A program made the position numbers and the translations under genes. Positions 37,695-46,877 of a stretch of 51,822 nt of DNA are shown here, piece after piece. How positions within the stretch are numbered: the first letter of the stretch is position 1; every line of letters begins with the position of its first letter. Under the pieces are notes generated by a model that saw only the letters and a program-made list of their open reading frames with translations, did not search any database and was not told where the DNA came from. Source of the stretch: Nitrospira sp. (lineage in GTDB: Bacteria; UBA10199; SBBF01); the NCBI GenBank assembly GCA_005240075.1, contig SBBF01000083.1, forward strand, positions 1-51,822, in the 5' to 3' direction.

Positions 37695-38468
37695 ATGCCT
37701 GATTCAGAAAATAAACCAACCACTCCTCTTACTGATTTTCCGAAACTCTATTGCCCTTTTATCCGGCAGACATTCAAGGTCAATCCGGAGCAATGGAAAA
37801 AACATGGTTCACAAATGGGGTTGAGAACACCGGAGGTCTATCTGGCAGTCAACCGGATCACTCCCGGTTATGAATGGGTGTTTGAAGACCCCGATACGTT
37901 TGCCGTGGAAAAACTGAATGGAACCAACGTGAAAATTTTTACAGAAAAAGGGCGCTTGATCCATATCCAGAACAGAAAAAATGTCATCGATCCCCTGCAG
38001 GTCATCAAGGGAAAAACATTCATTATTGAGGGAATTTTTCAATCAATCGGCAAGGGATATGTTGCGGAAAATGGAGAGCAGGCAGGCGAGGTAATCGGTC
38101 CCAAACTGCAGGGGAATCCCTACAAACTGGATGTCCATGAATGGTTCCCGTTTGAGCGGGCCATGGAGGTACTGCGTTACCGGTCATTCCATGAACATGA
38201 ACGGAATTTTGCAAACTGGAGCTCCTGGTTCAAGGAGGGACTCCTCTCCCGTTATTACACAAAACGGGCCTCCAAACTGGGCTTGCAAGACCAGGTGATG
38301 GCCGAGGGGATTGTTTTTTACAATCTGAAAAGAAGAGATGCGGGAGAAATCTGGAGAGCGAAACTTCGCCGCGATATGTTTGACTGGTATTATTCCGATA
38401 AAATTGAAATTTTTGATTATGACCCCAAGGGAAGAGATGAAGTAGAAGACCAGGAAAAATTTGATTAG
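37695..38468 (+). CDS. ATP-dependent RNA-ligase-like nucleotidyltransferase (resembles DUF5565/RLIG1-type)
   Basis: Motif I EKLNGTN, GEVIGPKLQGNPY (motif III-like), EGIVF (motif IV), AKLRRDMF (motif V); no OB-fold region. Start moved to ATG 37695. Confidence 0.72.
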   Translation: MPDSENKPTTPLTDFPKLYCPFIRQTFKVNPEQWKKHGSQMGLRTPEVYLAVNRITPGYEWVFEDPDTFAVEKLNGTNVKIFTEKGRLIHIQNRKNVIDPLQVIKGKTFIIEGIFQSIGKGYVAENGEQAGEVIGPKLQGNPYKLDVHEWFPFERAMEVLRYRSFHEHERNFANWSSWFKEGLLSRYYTKRASKLGLQDQVMAEGIVFYNLKRRDAGEIWRAKLRRDMFDWYYSDKIEIFDYDPKGRDEVEDQEKFD

Positions 38469-40471
38469 GAAATGAGTTGAATGAATTCCCGTTCATTCAG
38501 AACTTTAACCCCCAGTTTTTTGGCCTTGTCGAATTTGGAACCGGGGTTTTTTCCTGCAACTACAAAATTTGTTTTTTGGCTCACACTGTTGATCCCTCTC
38601 CCCCCAAGTTCCTCTATTTTCATCTGGGCTTGATCGCGGGACATTGTTTCAAGCTCTCCCGTAAATACAAAAGTTTGACCCGCCAATCTTCCCCCCCGAA
38701 CCTTTGTTGATTCCTGGACCGGACAAACCCCTCTTTCCAGAAAAAGCTTGAGTAATTTTTTGTTTCGGGAATCAGCAAAATAATCAACAACACTTTGGGC
38801 GATTTCCGGACCAATTCCTTTGACGGATTGAATGTCATCAAGGCTCGCATGTTCAATGACTTGAAGAGATCCAAAATGATCGGCAATAATTTTGGCCACC
38901 TGCTCCCCCACATGCCGGATCCCCAGTCCAAACAAAAGACGGTACAGAGAACAAGTTTTGCTGGTCTCAATTCCGTCCAACAAATTTTGTGCTTTCTTGT
39001 CTTTAAAACCTTCAACGGTCAAAAGCTGATCCTTTGTTAAAAGATAAATATCGGCCGAATGTGAAATCAACTTTTTTGCCAGAAGGGCTTCCACCGTCTC
39101 CTTCCCCAATCCTTCAATATCCATCGCCCGGCGGGAGGCAAAGTGAATAATCGACCATTTGAGTTGCGCCCGGCAGGTATAGCCTCCCGTGCAGAAAAAG
39201 AAAGCCCCCTCTTGTGACAGCAAAGCACCGCAAACCGGACACCGGGAAGGCATTTCAAAAGAGGAAGGATTCCCCTTTCGAGCCTCAAGGTTGACCGAGA
39301 CCACCTCCGGAATGACATCCCCGGCGCGGGCCACCTTGACTTCATCCCCCACTCTCACATCCAGTTTTTTGATGATGTCGAGATTATGAAGTGTCGCCCG
39401 ACTAACCGTCACACCGCCAACATCGACCGGTTTCAAAATCGCCACCGGCGTGAGGGTCCCTTGCCTCCCCACCTGAAGAACAATATTTTCCACACGGGTG
39501 ATTTCCTTGCGTGGTTCAAATTTCAACGCAAACGCCCAACGAGGGGATCGGGCCCGTTCGCCCAATTGTGCTTGCAATTTCAAGTCGTCAATTTTTGCCA
39601 CGATGCCGTCAATTTCATAATCCAGTTCATCTCGTTGTTCGTAAAGTTCGCGGTGAAAATCGAGAATCTCATCAACAGATTTGCAAAGACGTTTCAAGGG
39701 ATTCACCCTCAATCCCCATGATTGGAGAGTCGTCAACACGTCCCATTGGGTTTTGGGCTTCCAGGAATCGGCGTAAAGAAGCCCGTAAAAATAGATATCC
39801 AGGGGGCGCCGGGCTGAAATCCTTGAATCGAGTTGTCTTAAAGATCCGCTGGCGGCATTACGCGGATTGGCAAAAGGCTCTTCCCCTTCCTCGATCAATT
39901 TTTTGTTCAATCGGTCAAACCCCTTGAGAGTCAAAATCACCTCCGCCCGAAGATGAAGTTCTTTGGGAATCTCTTTTCCCGATAATTTGAGCGGGAGCGA
40001 TTTGATGGTCTTTACATTCCGGGTGACTTCTTCCCCGGTCACTCCATCTCCCCGCGTGCCGGCCTGATGGAAGAGGCCATCTCGATAGACTATTTCAACA
40101 GAAAGGCCATCAAATTTGGGATCGACGACGTAGGAAACCTGATCCGGTTTTGTTTCTTTTCTGATTCTTTTGTCAAAATTCTCCACTTCCTCCGGTTTGA
40201 ACAGAGATTCCAGACTAAGCAAGGGAACCCGGTGCTTGAATTCCGGCAAAAAATCAACAGGGGCCCCGCCCACCCGCTGAGTCGGGGAATCGGGAGTGGT
40301 CAGTTCCGGAAATTGTTCTTCCAGCGCTTTGAGTTCGTTGAAAAGAGCATCGTAATTCACATCCGAAATTTCCGGCTTCCCCTGAACGTAATAGAGCGCG
40401 TCATGCCTTCCTATGAGTTGATGTAATTCTTCGATCCGTTTTTTGGCTTCAACATGATAGATTTTTTTCAT
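38465..40471 (-). CDS. ligA: NAD-dependent DNA ligase
   Basis: YY....ISD..YD, PKFDGLS, TRGDG..GE.VT.N, FANPRNAASGSLRQLD, zinc finger CPVC...C..QL, HhH repeats, C-terminal BRCT. Confidence 0.97.
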   Translation of the reverse strand: MKKIYHVEAKKRIEELHQLIGRHDALYYVQGKPEISDVNYDALFNELKALEEQFPELTTPDSPTQRVGGAPVDFLPEFKHRVPLLSLESLFKPEEVENFDKRIRKETKPDQVSYVVDPKFDGLSVEIVYRDGLFHQAGTRGDGVTGEEVTRNVKTIKSLPLKLSGKEIPKELHLRAEVILTLKGFDRLNKKLIEEGEEPFANPRNAASGSLRQLDSRISARRPLDIYFYGLLYADSWKPKTQWDVLTTLQSWGLRVNPLKRLCKSVDEILDFHRELYEQRDELDYEIDGIVAKIDDLKLQAQLGERARSPRWAFALKFEPRKEITRVENIVLQVGRQGTLTPVAILKPVDVGGVTVSRATLHNLDIIKKLDVRVGDEVKVARAGDVIPEVVSVNLEARKGNPSSFEMPSRCPVCGALLSQEGAFFFCTGGYTCRAQLKWSIIHFASRRAMDIEGLGKETVEALLAKKLISHSADIYLLTKDQLLTVEGFKDKKAQNLLDGIETSKTCSLYRLLFGLGIRHVGEQVAKIIADHFGSLQVIEHASLDDIQSVKGIGPEIAQSVVDYFADSRNKKLLKLFLERGVCPVQESTKVRGGRLAGQTFVFTGELETMSRDQAQMKIEELGGRGINSVSQKTNFVVAGKNPGSKFDKAKKLGVKVLNEREFIQLIS

Positions 40472-40830
40472 CGAGTTAAAGGAACAATCTTTGATTTTCT
40501 AATTTTTTTATCCCGAGTTAAAAGAGGAATTTGGTGAACAATACTGGTCGCCGCTATGATTTCGTCAGCGGGATCGCTTTTAAAATCGAGGAGAGTACTC
40601 ATGCGTGCGACCTGTAAATCGAGCGGCCAAATGTGAACATGCGCTAGATTATTTACAAATTCAGGGCTATCAAGATCGACCTCAATACGCTTGAGCTGTA
40701 TCAGCTTGGAAATTTCCCACAAAACAATGGCTGAAATACACCACGATTGAGAGGAAAGTATTTTCTTCTCCCTGGAAGAAGCCTGATCACTAAAAGCATC
40801 CAAAAGAATATGAGTGTCAAGATTCAGCAT
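40468..40830 (-). CDS. PIN-domain toxin (VapC-like)
   Basis: LDTHILL, SAIVLWEI, DPADEIIAATS, LLTRD. Start moved to ATG 40830. Confidence 0.87.
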   Translation of the reverse strand: MLNLDTHILLDAFSDQASSREKKILSSQSWCISAIVLWEISKLIQLKRIEVDLDSPEFVNNLAHVHIWPLDLQVARMSTLLDFKSDPADEIIAATSIVHQIPLLTRDKKIRKSKIVPLTR

Positions 40831-41035
40831 TCCATTTAATGCCTGTTGACATAATGTTTCCACGAACTTTAATTTTTCCCTTCATGCACCCGATCAGTTC
40901 TGCAGGGCTCCTGGTAACAGGCATAAGTCTAGCAACAGGCCTTCCGTGCTTGGTGATAACAATACCATCCCCCGTAACCTGATCCATCAGACTTAAACAC
41001 TGTTCTTTAAATTTGGCCGCACTCATTGTTTTCAT
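40817..41035 (-). CDS. Phd/YefM-family antitoxin
   Basis: SAAKFKEQCLSLMDQV...IVITKHGRPVARL.P...IGCMKG.I. Confidence 0.87.
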   Translation of the reverse strand: MKTMSAAKFKEQCLSLMDQVTGDGIVITKHGRPVARLMPVTRSPAELIGCMKGKIKVRGNIMSTGIKWNAES

Positions 41036-41052
41036 CAAGGGTTATCTTAGCA

Positions 41053-41071
41053 TAGTCATATAATATGTCTA
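41053..41071. promoter_or_regulatory. Putative TA operator
   Basis: Imperfect inverted repeat TAGTCATAT-A-ATATGTCTA (8 of 9 pairs), 17 nt upstream of the antitoxin start. Confidence 0.45.
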
Positions 41072-41078
41072 GCCATAT

Positions 41079-42437
41079 TTAATGACTACTTTCCTGTGGA
41101 AGAAAAATCCTGAAAAATTGATCATAGCGGATGGCTGAAGGGAGATCAATATCCCGATCATCGGTCATTACCATCCCGGCAGAGGGTTCCCAAAAAAAGC
41201 CACCATGTGTCCCCTTATGGCCAAATTTGAGATAGGTCCCCACCAAAGCGGCCAACCCGCCAAATTGGTAAGAGGGTTTCACGCTAAATAGAACACTGGC
41301 CGGGTTTTTGACCAGATCATAAAATGCAGTGTAGAGACGATAACCAGGATCGGGATAGTAATGATGAGAAGTAATCGCAAACCATTGTTGATCATCCATC
41401 CACGCATGGGGACTGATCCCCTGTTTTGATAAAACGGGGAGAAGTTGCAGGGGATCTCCTTGAACAGAAATATAACGATACCGTTTCTTCCCCTGATATT
41501 CAAAATAGGCCTCCTCCCCTTTTGAGTTGATCATGTAAATCCGATGATGGTCGGGCCAGAAAACAAGATCAATTCCCTTGACACCAGCCATCAGACGGGA
41601 GACCGGCTCTCTGTTTTTGGGACCGGTCATCACCACACCGGCTGAGAGAAGGCCATATTCAACAAGCACCACGTCATTTTTGTCTTGAAGACTTTTTTTG
41701 ACTTTAAACCCTCCTTTTTGGAGCTCCTTTTCAATATCTCCCGAACTGATTGTCTTTAATCGGTCAAAATGAAAACCATGATCAGAGAAGAGAATAATTT
41801 TTAAAGGCTCCTTCCGGTTGGCGGCAACGTATCTTTTTTTCAATCGAACCAGAAACTGATCGACATACTTCATGAAACGTTTCATCCTCGTTTTCCCCAG
41901 AAGATGTTGCGCTCCATCAGTCCCCCCCAGATAGGCCATCAATACTTTTTTGTCACTGTGAAGAGCCAGCTTCTCGGCCCGCATCAGATCCTGTTTGCCG
42001 GCAACACCCGGAAAGGAATACATCAGCCCTTTTTCAAGCATGCTGTGGCGAAAAGAATCGAAGTACTGTTTGTATTCAACGGGGTATTTGTAAATATCAA
42101 ACGGGGTCCCTCCCACCACCCTATTTTCCTCGAATGAAAAAAATCGACTCTCATACCCGTGGGTTTTTTTAGCCTTAAGCGGTTTGAAAATTCCAGTAAA
42201 AGCGGTGGTTGTGGCTGATGGAAAAGTAACAATCAGGGGAACGGGATTTTGAAACTCCTTAAAATACCCCTCTTTTTTGAGCTCCTTCATCATCTCAAAA
42301 CCAATCCCGTCAATCGCGATAAAGAGAAGCCGGTCTTGATGGGTTTCGGCCTTGGGCAGAACCTTGATTTCTGGTTTATGATAGCCGCAAGAAGAAAGAA
42401 AAAAGAAAAGCATGAAGAGCTGAAAGATTGACTTCAT
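41079..42437 (-). CDS. Alkaline-phosphatase-superfamily (phosphodiesterase/NPP-like) lipoprotein
   Basis: Lipobox LSSC, IAIDG, TFPSATT, TDGAQH, SDHG, GTHGG. Start moved to MKSIFQ. Confidence 0.75.
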   Translation of the reverse strand: MKSIFQLFMLFFFLSSCGYHKPEIKVLPKAETHQDRLLFIAIDGIGFEMMKELKKEGYFKEFQNPVPLIVTFPSATTTAFTGIFKPLKAKKTHGYESRFFSFEENRVVGGTPFDIYKYPVEYKQYFDSFRHSMLEKGLMYSFPGVAGKQDLMRAEKLALHSDKKVLMAYLGGTDGAQHLLGKTRMKRFMKYVDQFLVRLKKRYVAANRKEPLKIILFSDHGFHFDRLKTISSGDIEKELQKGGFKVKKSLQDKNDVVLVEYGLLSAGVVMTGPKNREPVSRLMAGVKGIDLVFWPDHHRIYMINSKGEEAYFEYQGKKRYRYISVQGDPLQLLPVLSKQGISPHAWMDDQQWFAITSHHYYPDPGYRLYTAFYDLVKNPASVLFSVKPSYQFGGLAALVGTYLKFGHKGTHGGFFWEPSAGMVMTDDRDIDLPSAIRYDQFFRIFLPQESSH

Positions 42438-42479
42438 AACTTGACGATCGAAGGGCTTCATGTACAATCGCCGATCTTT

Positions 42480-45038
42480 ATGCAACCGGCAGAAAATCAA
42501 CAAGTAAAAAAATATACACTAGCCAACGGACTGACAGTCATTCTGGATGAAAATCATGCCAGTCCGGTGGTTTCGTTGAATGTGGGAGTCAAGGTGGGGA
42601 GCGTTTGGGAAACTGATCAAGAAGCGGGATTGAGTCATCTGCTGGAGCATATGGTCTTTAAGGGGACCAAAAATTATGGGCCGGGGGAAATTGCAAAAAT
42701 TGTGGAAGGCTCCGGCGGAGAGATTAACGCCTACACGTCGCTCGATCAGACCGTTTATTATATCAACCTGGCCTCCCGCTATGCCACGAAGGGGCTTAAT
42801 CTCCTGTCTCAAATGGTTTTTGAGGCCTTGATTGATCCTCTAGAACTAGAAAGGGAAAAAGAAGTAGTTTTGGAAGAAATCAGAAGAGGCAAAGATTCTC
42901 CCCATCGCGAACTCTCCGAAAACCTGTTTAAATTGGCCTACCCCACGCACCCTTACGGCCGGCCGGTAATCGGTTCGGAAAAGACGGTTAAAAATTTTCC
43001 ACGCGATCAGGTTACTCAATTCTATAAACGATGGTATGCCCCTAACAATATGGTGTTGGTGATTTGCGGCGACGTGACGGAGGAGCAAATCAGGCCGGTG
43101 ATCGATCGGGCATTTGGAGTGTATGCTTCCCATTCCGTTGATCGCCCCTCATTTTCTCCCGAAGCTTCTGTCGACAAGCCGCGTTCCCTCGTCTTGAGCC
43201 GTCCAGTGGAGGGGACTTATCTCTCCCTTGCCTGGCCGATTCCTCCTTTTACCCATGAAGATATTCCAGCGCTCGATCTTCTCTCCCATCTTTTGGGGGA
43301 AGGGCACACGTCAAGACTGGAGCAGATTGTCAAAGAAAAAAAAGGGCTTGTTAATTCCATTCATTCCTCTGCTTTCACCCCGATCTATCCAGGACTGTTT
43401 TTTATTCAGGCTGTTCTGCCGTCCGTTTCAATCGATAAGGTCCTAGAGGCCATTTTTGAAGAAGTCAATTTTTTGAAAAATCATCGGCCAACCGGGGACA
43501 GTTTTGAACGGTCCAGATTGAACATCAAAAGTTCTGTTTATTATGAAAAGGAAACCTGTGAGGGATCGGCCCGAAAATGGGTGATGTATGAAACAATAGC
43601 GGGTGATTACTGCTACGAAGAAAAATATCTTCAGATGATCGATCAGACAACGGCGGAAAAGGTGCAACACATCGCTCAAAAATACCTCGATCCCCGGAAA
43701 ACAACGTTGGTAGCTCTCAAGCCGGAAAAATCACCCCTTCAAATCAATCTCAAAAAAATCACCCCAAAAAAAAGAACGGACAAAATGGGGCCTACACTTG
43801 TTAAAGAAGAATATGGGGTGAAAAAGTTCTGTCTGCAAAATGGGATCACACTCCTCACCCGCGAAAATCATCGTCTTCCCCTGATGTCGGTCTATCTCGC
43901 ATCATTGGGGGGGTTGCGTTTTGAAAACAAGAAAAACAACGGGATATCCCAGCTTCTGTCGGCTGTTTTGTGCAAGGGAACCAGGACAAAAAACGCGCTT
44001 CGCATCGGAGAAATCAACGAATCGATTGCCGGCCATGTATCCAGTTATGCCGGAAGGAATTCATGGGGGTTGTCTGCCAGTTTTCTGGCGGAAAAAAGGG
44101 AGGCGGGTCTGGAACTGTTCTCGGATCTTTTGCTGAATCCCTCTTTTGAAAAAGAGGAAGTGGAAAAGGAAAAGAGGCTCCTCCTAGAAGCAATCAAACA
44201 TCAGGAAGATTCCCCGGCTCACATGGCTTTCCAGAAGTTTCAGGCTCTTCTTTTCAAAAAACATCCCTACGGTCTTCCTCTCCTCGGAACACCGGGTGTC
44301 GTCAGGCAGTTGGACAGGAATTCATTGATCGCCTTCTATTCCCGTTTGGCGCGTCCTTCACAGACGGTTATTTCAGTGGTTGGTTCTTTTTCTCCCGAGC
44401 AGTTGGCCGATGATTTGAATGAGATGCTGGCCTCTTTCCCTCAAATCCCCTCCCCCTTGCCAAAACCCCCTCTGGAGCCAAAGCCAACCTCGGTCCGAAA
44501 AGACGAATCAAAAAAGAAAAAAAGGCAGGCTCATCTGGTGATCGGATTTCAGGGAACAAGGTTAAGTTCGCCCGATCGCTATGCCCTGGAAGTGTTAAAC
44601 AACGTTTTGTCAGGCCAGGGGGGGAGACTTTTTCTGGAATTAAGGGACAAAAATTCGCTCTGCTACTCGGTCTCCTCCACTCTGGTGGAAGGATTGGAGC
44701 CGGGGTATTTTGCCGTTTACATGGGAATGGAACCTCAAAAAATCACGGCGGCAATTGATGGAATTTTGGCCGAGCTTCAAAAAATGAGAGAGGCAATAAT
44801 CACAAAGGACGAGTTGGATCGGGCCAAACAATACATTATCGGCAATTACGAAATTGATTTGCAAAAAAATTCGGCGGTTGCTTCTTCGCTCGCCTACAAC
44901 GAACTCTATGGCCTGGGATTCGAGGAATTCAAAAAATACCCTGAAAAAATCGGGGCGGTCACGGCCGAGGATGTCCTGCACGCCGCTAGAAAATATCTCG
45001 ATCTTAAAAACTACTCGCTTGCTTTAATCAGACCGTAA
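42480..45038 (+). CDS. M16 (pitrilysin/insulinase) zinc peptidase, fused two-unit form
   Basis: HLLEHMVFKGT (HxxEH), NAYTS.D.T.Y, HPYGRPVIG; second half lacks HxxEH (SQLLS). Start uncertain. Confidence 0.9.
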   Translation: MQPAENQQVKKYTLANGLTVILDENHASPVVSLNVGVKVGSVWETDQEAGLSHLLEHMVFKGTKNYGPGEIAKIVEGSGGEINAYTSLDQTVYYINLASRYATKGLNLLSQMVFEALIDPLELEREKEVVLEEIRRGKDSPHRELSENLFKLAYPTHPYGRPVIGSEKTVKNFPRDQVTQFYKRWYAPNNMVLVICGDVTEEQIRPVIDRAFGVYASHSVDRPSFSPEASVDKPRSLVLSRPVEGTYLSLAWPIPPFTHEDIPALDLLSHLLGEGHTSRLEQIVKEKKGLVNSIHSSAFTPIYPGLFFIQAVLPSVSIDKVLEAIFEEVNFLKNHRPTGDSFERSRLNIKSSVYYEKETCEGSARKWVMYETIAGDYCYEEKYLQMIDQTTAEKVQHIAQKYLDPRKTTLVALKPEKSPLQINLKKITPKKRTDKMGPTLVKEEYGVKKFCLQNGITLLTRENHRLPLMSVYLASLGGLRFENKKNNGISQLLSAVLCKGTRTKNALRIGEINESIAGHVSSYAGRNSWGLSASFLAEKREAGLELFSDLLLNPSFEKEEVEKEKRLLLEAIKHQEDSPAHMAFQKFQALLFKKHPYGLPLLGTPGVVRQLDRNSLIAFYSRLARPSQTVISVVGSFSPEQLADDLNEMLASFPQIPSPLPKPPLEPKPTSVRKDESKKKKRQAHLVIGFQGTRLSSPDRYALEVLNNVLSGQGGRLFLELRDKNSLCYSVSSTLVEGLEPGYFAVYMGMEPQKITAAIDGILAELQKMREAIITKDELDRAKQYIIGNYEIDLQKNSAVASSLAYNELYGLGFEEFKKYPEKIGAVTAEDVLHAARKYLDLKNYSLALIRP

Positions 45039-45045
45039 TTCCCCA

Positions 45046-45387
45046 TTATTTTGTTTTTTGGGTAATCTCTGAATCTTCAGCAAAATTTTTAAGCCCTTTG
45101 GAAAGCGCTTCTTCCTGCAAAAGGGGCTGAACGATGGTTGACGTGGCATCTGGTGCGGCGCGGCTCTGCGTGCTATCTTCATCCTCATTCAAGAGGGTGA
45201 TTAATTCATCCAATCCCCCCGGCTTGGCCACCAGTCCGGTTCCTTTCAAAAACGAGGCGGCAATCCGGTATTCCGAGGGGGTTGCCACCCCCAGGTTGAC
45301 TTTCACCAGCGCCTCGCCGGTAATCCGTTTGTCTTCCTTGGAAAGTTCAAAATACTCTTTCTTAATTTGATGTCTTAAATCAGTCAT
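45046..45387 (-). CDS. Hypothetical protein
   Basis: 113-aa ATG-start ORF filling the gap between the M16 gene and mpl; no recognised motif. Confidence 0.55.
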   Translation of the reverse strand: MTDLRHQIKKEYFELSKEDKRITGEALVKVNLGVATPSEYRIAASFLKGTGLVAKPGGLDELITLLNEDEDSTQSRAAPDATSTIVQPLLQEEALSKGLKNFAEDSEITQKTK

Positions 45388-45408
45388 TGTTTCTGTAATA
45401 ACACATTG

Positions 45409-45435
45409 ATTTCGACGGAGAGTCCAGTTAATTTA
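45409..45435 (-). promoter_or_regulatory. Putative sigma28 (FliA-type) promoter
   Basis: Minus strand TAAA-15 nt-GTCGAAAT versus consensus TAAA-N15-GCCGATAA, 21 nt upstream of the 113-aa ORF. Confidence 0.4.
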
Positions 45436-45446
45436 ACAAGAACTTC

Positions 45447-46862
45447 ATGGAGATTGATCCATCCAAAATAAAACATATTCACCTGATTGCCATCTGCGGC
45501 ACAGGAATGGGAGCCTTGGCCGGACTCTTGCGCGAGAAAGGATACACCATCACCGGTTCGGATCAAAATATTTATCCTCCCATGAGCGAGGAACTGGAAC
45601 AGAGAGGGATCACTCTTTGCCAGGGGTATCGTCCCGAAAATTTAACCCCCGCGCCTGATTTGGTGATCGTGGGAAACGCCGTTTCCAAAAATAATCCGGA
45701 AGTGGAAAGACTTCTGGAATCAAAACTGCCTTATCTTTCCATGCCGCAAGCCCTCTCCCAATTTTTTATCAGCGGAAAGACCTCGATTGTAGTTTCTGGA
45801 ACACATGGAAAAACAACTACTTCAGCTTTAATATCTCATCTTTTAAATGAACTTGGGTCTGATCCTTCATTTTTTGTCGGGGGAGTCTCCCTTAATTTTC
45901 AAAAAAATTTTCAAATCGGAAAAGGAAACTATTTTGTAATCGAGGGGGATGAATACGACACCGCTTTTTTTGACAAGGGGCCCAAATTTCTCCACTACCA
46001 GCCTTGTTATACGATCATCACTTCCCTTGAATTTGATCATGCTGATATTTACCGAGACCTCGATCATCTCACTCAATCTTTTGTAAAGTTGATTGACATC
46101 ATGCCCCCCCAAGGGCTCCTCCTTGCCTGTAATCTCTACCCCAGACTGATCGACTGTATCAAACAATCCAGGGCGCCGGTTCAAACGTACGGTCTGGACG
46201 CTTCGGCTGAGTGGTCTATCCAAAATTTATCTTACACGACAGAGGGGACAACAACAGAGATTTGGCGAAAAAAAAATAAAGAGACGGTTTTGTCTATTCC
46301 CCTTGCAGGAAAACATAACGCGCTCAATGCCCTCTCGGCCTATGCCCTTCTCAGAAATCTTGGGTTTGAATCCGCGAGAATTGGTGAGGCTCTGCAAAAT
46401 TTCAAGGGGGTCAAAAGAAGGCAGGAACTGATCGGAATGGTTAAGGGGATTACAGTCATCGATGATTTTGCCCACCACCCGACCGCTGTTTTCGAAACCA
46501 TTCAGGCTGTCAAAAATAAATACCGGGGTTCATCCCTCTGGGCTCTGTTCGAACCTCGATCCAATACTTCGAAGAGGGCTCTGTTTCAGAAAGAATATGC
46601 TGAAGCTTTTAAAGGGGCCGATCAAGTATTAATTGCCGATGTGTTTATGCCGGAAAAAGTAACGGATGGAACTATTTTGGATGTTGAACGCTTGTCTCAA
46701 GATATTGAACGGAGTGGGACTCCTTCCCGCCATATTTCCGGCATCGACTCGATTGTTAATTTCGTCGTTCAAAACATAACGAGTCCCGCTGTTGTTTTGA
46801 TCATGTCGAATGGGGGATTTGGCGGCATTCCTCAGAAAATGTTGCGGGCGCTGAAAGAATAA
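45447..46862 (+). CDS. mpl: UDP-MurNAc:L-Ala-gamma-D-Glu-meso-DAP ligase (peptidoglycan recycling)
   Basis: IAICGTGMG.LA, GSDQNIYPPMS, GTHGKTTT, EGDEYDTAFFDK.PKF.HY, DDFAHHPTA, EPRSNT, MSNGGFGG. Confidence 0.92.
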   Translation: MEIDPSKIKHIHLIAICGTGMGALAGLLREKGYTITGSDQNIYPPMSEELEQRGITLCQGYRPENLTPAPDLVIVGNAVSKNNPEVERLLESKLPYLSMPQALSQFFISGKTSIVVSGTHGKTTTSALISHLLNELGSDPSFFVGGVSLNFQKNFQIGKGNYFVIEGDEYDTAFFDKGPKFLHYQPCYTIITSLEFDHADIYRDLDHLTQSFVKLIDIMPPQGLLLACNLYPRLIDCIKQSRAPVQTYGLDASAEWSIQNLSYTTEGTTTEIWRKKNKETVLSIPLAGKHNALNALSAYALLRNLGFESARIGEALQNFKGVKRRQELIGMVKGITVIDDFAHHPTAVFETIQAVKNKYRGSSLWALFEPRSNTSKRALFQKEYAEAFKGADQVLIADVFMPEKVTDGTILDVERLSQDIERSGTPSRHISGIDSIVNFVVQNITSPAVVLIMSNGGFGGIPQKMLRALKE

Positions 46863-46877
46863 TATGGTGCCAATGAT

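Noticed and set aside
40100-40135. LigA motif I reads DPKFDG rather than the usual ExKxDG
   Set aside because: Conservative change; the catalytic Lys and all other domains are intact.
37034-41071. TA/ligase block as a prophage or integrative element
   Set aside because: No integrase, transposase, phage structural genes or att-like repeats were seen, and it contains core ligA.
41079-42437. Alkaline-phosphatase-family protein as the end-healing partner of the RNA ligase
   Set aside because: It has a lipoprotein signal and would be exported, away from cytoplasmic RNA.
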